Assembly (NCBI GenBank): GCA_965250085.1
Contig: OZ252287.1
Location: forward strand, 1-64,000
Reading direction: 5' to 3'
DNA length: 64,000 bases
From: Candidatus Altimarinota bacterium
GTDB lineage: Bacteria > Patescibacteriota > Gracilibacteria > CAIRYL01
The notes beneath the pieces were generated by a model. The model did not search any database. It had not been told where the DNA came from and worked only from the letters and a program-made list of their open reading frames with translations. The translations under genes were made by a program, and so were the position numbers. Shown one piece after another: positions 30,460 through 38,424 of the stretch. The stretch's first letter is position 1; each line of letters begins with the position of its first letter.

Positions 30460-30806
30460 AAGATATTTTTAAAGGACTCATTCTTATTTTTAGTATTACA
30501 CTGCTCTCGTCTTGTGGAGTGCAGGATAGATTGCAGGAAAAGGCAAATGAAATAGAAGAAGATGTCAAAAATAAAACACAACAAGTCACAGATGACATGA
30601 CAGAAAAGGTGGATGAAATTAAAACAGAATTTACAGAAACGAAGGAAAAAGTGGAAAATAAAATAGAAGATGTTACCAATGCAATTGATGCGGTGAATAA
30701 GGTGTTTGAAGACGAAGAATCAATTACGAATGATTCGACAGAGCTCACCACAGGTGACGAATTACCAATGCCAAATGAAGGCGATGTGGAGGTGGAAAGT
30801 ATTTAA
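30456..30806 (+). CDS. small acidic lipoprotein
   Basis: GTGA overlap with the previous stop; lipobox LSSC; helical acidic body. Confidence 0.7.
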   Translation: MKDIFKGLILIFSITLLSSCGVQDRLQEKANEIEEDVKNKTQQVTDDMTEKVDEIKTEFTETKEKVENKIEDVTNAIDAVNKVFEDEESITNDSTELTTGDELPMPNEGDVEVESI

Positions 30807-30842
30807 CCCGAAGAGTGGGGCGTGATTTATTGAATTCAAAAA

Positions 30843-30860
30843 AATCCGCCGTGGCGGATT
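30843..30860. repeat. CCGCC-N-GGCGG REP-like palindrome
   Basis: aatccgccgtggcggatt between convergent genes; related to 44507-44523. Confidence 0.6.
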
Positions 30861-30889
30861 CCTACGGGATTTATAACGACAGGCTTTCT

Positions 30890-31336
30890 TTATTTCTTTT
30901 GAGTCGTGGCTTTTTTAGAAATCGTTTTCTTTGCTGGAGTTTTTTTGATTGGCGTCTTTTTTTTTGCAACAAGTTTCGCAGACTCTTTTTTCTCAGATGC
31001 CACTTTTTTAGGAGCAGATTTTGCGCTTGATGCTCCGATTTTGGTGATTTCGACTTTGGTAAATGATTGACGATGTCCTTGAGTTTTTTGGTATCGCTTT
31101 TTGGCTTTCATTTTAAATACGCGTATTTTTTTTCCTCGTCCGTGCTCAAGTACTTTTGCTTCTACAGATGTGTCTAAAAATGGAGTCCCTATAGCTGTTT
31201 TACTTCCATCTGAAGTCAGCAGTACACGCTGAAAGACAACGTTTTTCCCTTCTTCTTCGAGCAGCTTCTCTACCAAAAGAACATCACCTACTGAAACGGT
31301 ATATTGCTTTCCGCCGGTTTCAATCACTGCAAGCAT
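30890..31336 (-). CDS. rplU: 50S ribosomal protein L21 with Lys-rich tail
   Basis: MLAVIETGGKQY...GHRQSFT. Confidence 0.96.
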   Translation of the reverse strand: MLAVIETGGKQYTVSVGDVLLVEKLLEEEGKNVVFQRVLLTSDGSKTAIGTPFLDTSVEAKVLEHGRGKKIRVFKMKAKKRYQKTQGHRQSFTKVEITKIGASSAKSAPKKVASEKKESAKLVAKKKTPIKKTPAKKTISKKATTQKK

Positions 31337-31443
31337 TTCATCTCTCAAAAAAGCTGAGAGAGTTTAGCAGTGTGGTACTTTACCGGTCAAGCTTTTTGGG
31401 AAGTCAAAAGTGGAAAGTCCAAAGTCGAAAGGAAAATAGTTTT

Positions 31444-32127
31444 TCACTTTTTACCTTCAATTATTACCACAAATTCACCCTTAGTTTTTTCTGGGAATTT
31501 TTCTAACATATTCGAAAGTTCTTCAGCTGTGCCTCTGAGAAATTCTTCGTGGATTTTTGTGAGTTCTCGAGCCAAAACGATTTTCCTTTGAGGGAAATAT
31601 TCACTCGCTTCTTTGAGAAATTTTTCTATACGATGTTTGGATTCATAGAGCACTACGGTATGTTCTCTTTGCGCAATATGCTTTAGAAGCTTCTGACGCC
31701 CTTTTTTATGTGGCAAAAATCCAAAAAATTCAAAATGATGAGTATGGAGACCGCTCCCAGAGAGTGCTGGGATCAGGGCAGTAGCACCGGAGAGGGGAAT
31801 GACCGAAATGTTTTCTCCCACTACTTGTTTTATAAGCATTGCTCCTGGGTCTGATATGCCTGGTGTTCCGGCGTCAGAGACAAGTGCGACATCTTTTCCA
31901 GATTTCAAAATTTCCAATAGCTTGTCTGATTTTGCCTTCCCCGAATGAGAATGATAGGAAATGAGATTTTTACCTGCGATTTCAAAATGACTCAGAAGTT
32001 TCTGAGTATGTCGTGTATCCTCGCAGGCAATGGATTCGACTGCTTTGAGAGTATCCAAAGCTCTCAGAGTGATATCTTGCAGGTTGCCAATAGGAGTGGG
32101 GACGATGAAGAGAGTTCCAGAGTTCAT
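31444..32127 (-). CDS. rsmI: 16S rRNA (cytidine1402-2'-O)-methyltransferase
   Basis: TPIGNLQDIT, CEDTR, SDAGTPGISDPG, RELTKIHEE. Confidence 0.96.
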   Translation of the reverse strand: MNSGTLFIVPTPIGNLQDITLRALDTLKAVESIACEDTRHTQKLLSHFEIAGKNLISYHSHSGKAKSDKLLEILKSGKDVALVSDAGTPGISDPGAMLIKQVVGENISVIPLSGATALIPALSGSGLHTHHFEFFGFLPHKKGRQKLLKHIAQREHTVVLYESKHRIEKFLKEASEYFPQRKIVLARELTKIHEEFLRGTAEELSNMLEKFPEKTKGEFVVIIEGKK

Positions 32128-32233
32128 AACTTGGTTTTAGCTTAAATGAGTATTAAATACAAAAGGATTTTAGATGACGCACAAAATTTCTCAGCATAAG
32201 ATTAAATTGGAAAAAATAACTTTTATATTGTCT

Positions 32234-33091
32234 ATGAATACAACAGGAAAGATTAAAAAGCTAATTGATAAATTAAGATATATTGATGAGTTGAAACCAA
32301 AAGGTAATATAGCTATTGAAAGGCAGAGCTTTATTACACCTGTTTATATCTTACCAATTGCTACGGCAATAAATAATAAAAAACTAAAAGTCAGTTTTAC
32401 TGGAGATACGTCTTATTTAGAGACAATCTGCTTTCCGAAAGGAATTTCGGACTTAAATTCAAGTCGTTATTTAGGAGGAACATATTTTCCTATTGTAAAC
32501 GTGTCTTTACATGATTTGTCCTATGAAAAAAGCGCAGAGTGTGTGGATGCACTCCATAGCAAATATTTGGATCTTTTACAGAATAATATTATTGCCAATA
32601 AAGAATTTTTAAAACTAATCAAAAAGAGTACATTCGGATTCTTACTGGGTGAGATGACCACGAATGTTGCTGAGCATGCAAGTGCAAGCAATATTTATGT
32701 TTTTGCTCAGTATTGGCTACAGTCGAATTCGTGTGAAATATGCTTGCTGGATAATGGACAGGGAGTTTTTGGATCATTAAGAGAAGCAGGAAGAGAAGTT
32801 AAAGATAGCCACGATGCATTGGACAAAGTTCTCAAAGAAGGATTATCAGCAAGCGATGAACATGGTGATATCAAAAGAGGAACAGGAATCAGAAATACTA
32901 GAAAAGCATTGGTAAACAAGGAGATAAATGGAGAATTTTTTATAATGTCTGGAAACTCCGCTTTTTTACATTCTTCTCAGGCTGGAGAGCGCTTCTTCAC
33001 ATTGCAAAATTACTCATGGCAAGGTACAATTATAATGCTCAGGATAAACAATCCACTACGATCATTTAACATGTACAAATATGTCCGATAG
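32234..33091 (+). CDS. GHKL/HATPase_c-like ATP-binding protein (anti-sigma-factor-like)
   Basis: EMTTNVAEHA (N box), LDNGQG (G1), RGTGI (G2), WQGT; low GC. Confidence 0.75.
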   Translation: MNTTGKIKKLIDKLRYIDELKPKGNIAIERQSFITPVYILPIATAINNKKLKVSFTGDTSYLETICFPKGISDLNSSRYLGGTYFPIVNVSLHDLSYEKSAECVDALHSKYLDLLQNNIIANKEFLKLIKKSTFGFLLGEMTTNVAEHASASNIYVFAQYWLQSNSCEICLLDNGQGVFGSLREAGREVKDSHDALDKVLKEGLSASDEHGDIKRGTGIRNTRKALVNKEINGEFFIMSGNSAFLHSSQAGERFFTLQNYSWQGTIIMLRINNPLRSFNMYKYVR

Positions 33092-33401
33092 GATAATAAA
33101 TGTAGCGAAGTTTTTTCGCCTCTCCAATATTGCAACGCGACATGCGGCAAATAATCTTGCGAAAGCTATTTCAAAAGATCATAAAAAACAAATAGTATTG
33201 GATTTTTATGATATTGAATCTGTTTCACGATCATTTTTTGATCAACTTAATGATTTAAAGAAAAATTCTTTAAAAACGAAAAAAATAAAATTTATTAATC
33301 TTAACAATGATTTGGAAAAATTACTTACTATTGTTACAGCAAACACAAGTAAAAAAATGAGTTATCCCAGCATGAAAAATGTGACATACGCAACGGTATA
33401 G
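33081..33401 (+). CDS. STAS-like (DUF4325-type) protein
   Basis: IVLDFYDIESVSRSFFDQL; overlaps the ATPase stop. Confidence 0.75.
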   Translation: MSDRIINVAKFFRLSNIATRHAANNLAKAISKDHKKQIVLDFYDIESVSRSFFDQLNDLKKNSLKTKKIKFINLNNDLEKLLTIVTANTSKKMSYPSMKNVTYATV

Positions 33402-33414
33402 ATCTATTTTACTT

Positions 33415-35121
33415 CTACCTCCCTACAGCTCTCCTCAATTCCGTAAGAGTTGTTTTGCCATCTATTACCGCCAGGATTCCTTCTTCCCACATGGTACGGA
33501 ATCCATTTTTTTCAGCGAGTTTTTTGAGTTCTGGAGCAGAGGCATTTTCGAAAATAGCACTCTCAAGTGTTTCATCTATAACAAGTATTTCACCAATTGC
33601 CATTTCTCCCCGAAAGCCACTTTGAGAACACGCGTCGCATCCTTTTGCTTCTTTTACGTGAGGAGTTACTTCTGGAATTTTATCACCACGATCAGTCATT
33701 TGCTTGAGCGTTGCAAAGATTTCTTCTTTTTCTGTTTTTCCCATTTCGCGCTCTTTCCTACACTTTTCACACACTTTTCGCACCAGTCTTTGTGCTACAA
33801 CTGCCCTTATGGCTGGAGCAAGAATATAATTTTTTACTCCCATATTCAAAAGTCTCGGAAGAGCATCAATGGCAGAATTGGTATGAAGTGTCGAAAGAAC
33901 AAGGTGTCCGGTAAGTGATGCTTGTACGGCAGTCTCTGCGGTTTCAAGGTCTCGTATTTCTCCAATCATCACCACATCAGGATCCTGACGCAAGAGAGCT
34001 CTGAGTCCACTGACAAATGTATATCCATTTTCTTCATTGACTTGTGATTGCAAAATCCCTTCCAAATGGTATTCCACAGGATCTTCCAAAGTAATTATTT
34101 TTTTACCGGGATCATTTATTTTTTGTAAAGCAGAGTAGAGAGAGGTTGTTTTTCCTGATCCAGTTGGTCCAGTCACCAGAACAAGTCCATTAGGAGATTC
34201 AAGAGCCGTTTCGAGTCGTGATTTGAGAAAGTCACTCAATCCCAAGTCACTGAGCTCTACAATCCCTTTTTTGGGATCTAAAAATCGCATCACAACACTT
34301 TCTCCCCGTTTGGTAGGAAGAACAGAAACACGCACGTCGATCAAACGATCTTTAGCGCGAAAAAAATACTGACCATCTTGTGGAACATTGACGATATTTA
34401 GTTTTAGCCGCGCGTTGTATTTGATTTGCCTGATGAGTGACTCTACTGAGTTTCCCTCAGAAGGAAGTGAAAAAAGAGTAGTGAGTACACCATCAATTCG
34501 TGCTCGTACTCGATATTCTTTTTGCTGAGGCTCCAAATGCATATCACTCATTCCCATTCTGAGTACTTGCTGGTGTAGCACATTGAGTGCTTCATCTCCT
34601 TTCATTTTTTCCAATATTTCAGGAATTTCTTCGAGCGAAGAGATGGCTGCTTCGATATTGGCTACATTTTCTTCTTTGACTTCCGTAATGATTTCTTTTT
34701 CTTGAGGATTGTGGCTTTTGTACATCTGATGAGCTCTGGAGAGGCTTTCTTCGGAGCAGAGATTGAGATTGAGAACAAAACCTGATTTTTTTAGGCTTTC
34801 TATTACGCGTTTGGTTTCATCATTCTCCACATCGGTAAGTGCGATGCGGAGTTTTTGTCCTACTCGAAAAAACGGCATAACCTTCGCTTTTAGAGCGTCT
34901 TCTTCCGAAACAACACTCAGAATATCTGGATTAATAGGAACTAAAGAAAGATCGATATAGGAAATTCCTAATTCACGGGATTTTTGTTGCACAGCACGCT
35001 CTTTAAACTCCTGGTTAATATCAGAAATAGCATGCGAAATGACTCCACTCTGAGAAGCAGGATCACTTTGGGAGTTTTTTGTATTTGCTTTGCCTGTTGT
35101 TTGAGGAGGTTTTGAAGGCAT
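33415..35121 (-). CDS. pilB: GspE/PilB family type IV pilus assembly ATPase
   Basis: GPTGSGKTT, TLEDPVEY, LRQDPDVVMIGEIRD, TGHLVLSTLHTN, tetracysteine motif. Confidence 0.9.
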   Translation of the reverse strand: MPSKPPQTTGKANTKNSQSDPASQSGVISHAISDINQEFKERAVQQKSRELGISYIDLSLVPINPDILSVVSEEDALKAKVMPFFRVGQKLRIALTDVENDETKRVIESLKKSGFVLNLNLCSEESLSRAHQMYKSHNPQEKEIITEVKEENVANIEAAISSLEEIPEILEKMKGDEALNVLHQQVLRMGMSDMHLEPQQKEYRVRARIDGVLTTLFSLPSEGNSVESLIRQIKYNARLKLNIVNVPQDGQYFFRAKDRLIDVRVSVLPTKRGESVVMRFLDPKKGIVELSDLGLSDFLKSRLETALESPNGLVLVTGPTGSGKTTSLYSALQKINDPGKKIITLEDPVEYHLEGILQSQVNEENGYTFVSGLRALLRQDPDVVMIGEIRDLETAETAVQASLTGHLVLSTLHTNSAIDALPRLLNMGVKNYILAPAIRAVVAQRLVRKVCEKCRKEREMGKTEKEEIFATLKQMTDRGDKIPEVTPHVKEAKGCDACSQSGFRGEMAIGEILVIDETLESAIFENASAPELKKLAEKNGFRTMWEEGILAVIDGKTTLTELRRAVGR

Positions 35122-35233
35122 TCTATTTGTATTTCATGTCCCTCTATTATAGCACAGAAGAGAGTGTATATAAAGAGGAGGAGCTGTTTTGAGAGGAACT
35201 CTCAAAGTGCGTGTTCAGAAAATTTTGAATGTT

Positions 35234-35320
35234 GTCTTCGACTCTGAGGGATGAGCCCTCTCTTCTGAGCCTGAGGGCGGCTTTTCAGAGCCTCGAACGG
35301 CAGGCTCAGACTCGAATGAG
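35234..35320. repeat. expanded inverted copy of the 9064-9109 repeat
   Basis: gtcttcgactctgagggatgag...gctcagactcgaatgag with about 40 extra internal nt. Confidence 0.7.
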
Positions 35321-35350
35321 AATGCTGAATTTTAAATGTAAAAATCTTTT

Positions 35351-37513
35351 TTATGCTGGGGGAGGGGGATGTCCAGAAGAAGGAGGGAGGGGAGTTTGTG
35401 GGGGATAGGGAGGGTATTGTGGGTAATAGGGTGGTGGTGGGAAAGGTGTACCATTTTGAGAAGTTTGTCCGCTTCCAGGAAGTGGCGGTGGGATATATCC
35501 CTGTCCTGTTTGTCCGGTTCCTTGCTGTCCCTGCCCATACTGAGGAGCTCCTGCGGGAGGTATATATCCGCTTCCTGTTTGTACCGGTACTTGCCCCGAA
35601 GGGAAGGAACTTCCAGGGTACTGCCCTCCCGATGGTGCTGGCGCAGGAGATACTTTTGGAGCTTGTGGAATGAGGTCTGGAGGAGGATTTGGATCAAGAA
35701 TATTTGCTAATGGAGGCTCTGTATTTTCCGATTTTTGAGGAGTAGAAATTTCTGGTTTTACTTCTGTCTCTCCGGAAGAGGGAATAGCGAGCTCCTGAAG
35801 GTCATCCGAGGATTGTTTCTGAGCTTCTTTTTGATCGAAATTTTCTATAGTCTCTGCCTTTGGTACCTGCTGTTGTTTTTTCTTTCTGACGAGTGGTTCT
35901 TGTGAAGAGGATATTTTTGATGCCACTTCTTCATTTTTTTTCTGAGATGAGTTTTTTTCTAAAGAAACTTCAGGCACTTCTGAAAGCATAGGGGTGGAAG
36001 ATTTTTGGGATTCTATACGGTTGAGTTCTTCCGCATCTTTTCCTTGTTGTTTTGCTTGATCGGCTTCTTCCAACCATTCAGGAATTTCTTCTTGATCAGA
36101 AGTAATCTCCTGGAAAGATGGCTTTTGAGCGAGCCATTCGGGAATGTCTGAATCAATATTTTTTTCCTGTGCTTTCTCGGGAATTACTTTTTCAAAGTCA
36201 CTTATTTTTTCCAAGTGAACTTCGGATTTCTCGGGTACTGTTGGAAGAGTAGCGTCAGGACCAAAGTCACTCTTTTTTTCAAGCTCTGCATGTTTTTTGA
36301 GTTCTCTTAGAGTATCAGATCCACTTTTGTCTTCAGTAGAAATCCCAAGACGTTGTTCTTGGAACTTCTCCACTTTTGGCACAACTTCAGAGATAACGTG
36401 CTCAAAGCTTTTAGGATTTCGAATTTTAAATCCAGCAGCTTGGCGATGCCCTCCACCTCCAAACATTCCTGCAATTTGAGTAGCATCACACATAGGGGTC
36501 TTGGTTCTCAGCGAGCCAGACACAACTCCATCTTCCCGCTCCTTGAGGAGGAGTACGACCTCTGCTCCTGGAGCATTGGACATCAACTCATCTATGAGGC
36601 CTTCAGTCTCATCTGAAGATGCATTCTCATCGGAAAGATCTTCTCGAGTCACAGTACTCCACACCATTCGATGTACGGGATCATATTTGATTTTTGAAAG
36701 AACCCTTCCCCAGAGACGGAGAGTGGTGAGTTTTTTGGTCTTAAACAAATGACGAATAATCTCTTGCTGTCTTGCATGCATATCAATCAGTTCTGCCGCT
36801 ACTTCAAAACTCTTAGGGGTGGTGTTTGGATGTTGAAAACTGCCGGTATCAGTAATGATTCCTGCGAGAAGTAGCGTGGCAATATCTTCATCAATGAATT
36901 TATATTTTTTTCCTGTAATCGTCGGAATCAAATCATACAATGTCTCGGTAGTGGAGGCATTGGTGGGGGCAATATAATTCACGGTGCCAAATCCTTCGTT
37001 GGAAGCATGATGATCGATCACAATCATTGGCAGGGAATGAAACATCTCCGCATTTTCTTCATAAAGAGCCCCCAACTGCTCTACGTCTCCGGCATCGCAA
37101 GAGATAATGAGGTCAAAATCTTTTCCAGATCCTCCTCGGAAAGAGAAATTTTTATGAGAAAAACGATCTTCTCCTTCTGGAGAGAGGATGATATTTACTT
37201 TATTCCCTTCCACATTCCACTTGAGCGAATCGAGCTTGGTTTTTGTGACATCCAGAGTGATGATAAAATCTGAAGTATCAGAAAATCCAGTATTCATCAG
37301 ATCTGTATCGGGAAGAAACTTGAACGCTTCTGGAACGGGGTCCTGACATATGGCCGTCACATTCTTCCCCATCTTTTGGAGTATGAGATAGAGCGCTATC
37401 GTAGAAGAAAGCGCATCACAATCCATCTTGGCGTGTGTTACCAATAAGATGTTTTCTTTTTCATCAATAAGTTTTTTTATTTGCTGGGCAATATTTTTGA
37501 GAGACTCGTCCAT
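35351..37513 (-). CDS. DHH/DHHA1 phosphoesterase (NrnA-like) with long disordered C-terminal tail
   Basis: DCDALSS, IDHH, TDTGSF, GGGGHRQAAG; about 330-aa acidic then Pro/Gln/Gly-rich tail. Confidence 0.88.
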   Translation of the reverse strand: MDESLKNIAQQIKKLIDEKENILLVTHAKMDCDALSSTIALYLILQKMGKNVTAICQDPVPEAFKFLPDTDLMNTGFSDTSDFIITLDVTKTKLDSLKWNVEGNKVNIILSPEGEDRFSHKNFSFRGGSGKDFDLIISCDAGDVEQLGALYEENAEMFHSLPMIVIDHHASNEGFGTVNYIAPTNASTTETLYDLIPTITGKKYKFIDEDIATLLLAGIITDTGSFQHPNTTPKSFEVAAELIDMHARQQEIIRHLFKTKKLTTLRLWGRVLSKIKYDPVHRMVWSTVTREDLSDENASSDETEGLIDELMSNAPGAEVVLLLKEREDGVVSGSLRTKTPMCDATQIAGMFGGGGHRQAAGFKIRNPKSFEHVISEVVPKVEKFQEQRLGISTEDKSGSDTLRELKKHAELEKKSDFGPDATLPTVPEKSEVHLEKISDFEKVIPEKAQEKNIDSDIPEWLAQKPSFQEITSDQEEIPEWLEEADQAKQQGKDAEELNRIESQKSSTPMLSEVPEVSLEKNSSQKKNEEVASKISSSQEPLVRKKKQQQVPKAETIENFDQKEAQKQSSDDLQELAIPSSGETEVKPEISTPQKSENTEPPLANILDPNPPPDLIPQAPKVSPAPAPSGGQYPGSSFPSGQVPVQTGSGYIPPAGAPQYGQGQQGTGQTGQGYIPPPLPGSGQTSQNGTPFPPPPYYPQYPPYPPQTPLPPSSGHPPPPA

Positions 37514-37720
37514 AATTGTCTTTTGTAGGGGCGGAAGAAAAAATAAGAACAGAAAGAAATATGTTATTAGAATATTTTTACATAAAAATTAGAATATGTC
37601 AAATAAAAAGTAATAGAACATCCCTCCTCTCTTTTTCTTTGTGGAGGATAAAAATTCTTTGTTTGAGAAATTCAAGACCTGTTTTCTGAATTTAAAATTG
37701 AACACTCAAGATTTAAGACT

Positions 37721-38281
37721 CTAATTCTTCGCTCTTTCTTTATACTCTCCGAGTGTAGTATTGATCATTAGGGCATCTCCTTCACTGATAAAGAAGGGAA
37801 CTTGCACTGTCAAACCGGTTTCAAGCTTTGCAGGCTTGGTACCACCAGATGCGGTATCTCCTTTGAGATTGGGTTCAGTTTCCATTACTTTGAGCTCTAC
37901 AACAGATGGGAGTTCTATATTGATAGGATTGCCATCCCAGTTCATTACCGATACTTCCTGTCCTTCAGTGAGATATCCCGTTATATTCCCCAGTTTTTCT
38001 GTATCAAATTCAAATTGTTCGAAACTTTCATTTTCCATAAAGGTATAAGCATTTCCATTGGCGTAAAGAAATTGCGCTTGTTTCATCATAATGTCAGCAT
38101 CAGGAATATTTTCTCCAGAGTTCCATGTCTTTTCAATAACCGCTCCAGTGAGCAAGTTTTTCATTTTGACCACTGCTTTTCCCACTGTGCGAGGAGCTTG
38201 TTTGTGTTGATAGCTCAATACAACATATGGCTCGTTATTAACGACTATTTTATGCCCTGTTCTCAGTTTTTGTGACTCCAT
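37721..38281 (-). CDS. efp: elongation factor P
   Basis: KMKNLLTG, QFLY, TFMENESFEQ, KGDTASGGTKPAKLETG, VPFFI; ATG 38281. Confidence 0.95.
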   Translation of the reverse strand: MESQKLRTGHKIVVNNEPYVVLSYQHKQAPRTVGKAVVKMKNLLTGAVIEKTWNSGENIPDADIMMKQAQFLYANGNAYTFMENESFEQFEFDTEKLGNITGYLTEGQEVSVMNWDGNPINIELPSVVELKVMETEPNLKGDTASGGTKPAKLETGLTVQVPFFISEGDALMINTTLGEYKERAKN

Positions 38282-38314
38282 ATTTGAAGGAAAAATCAAG
38301 AAACAGGGTAGCGG

Positions 38315-38336
38315 AAACAAAAGGTTCAAGTCAAAA
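38315..38336. repeat. 22-bp direct repeat, left copy
   Basis: AAACAAAAGGTTCAAGTCAAAA, identical at 41029-41050. Confidence 0.85.
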
Positions 38337-38424
38337 CCTGTCCATATTTTATAGTTGGAACTACTTGAGGTCATCGTAGAGATTTTGGTATCCTTTTTTT
38401 GTAGATATAAAACGCTTCTGATAT

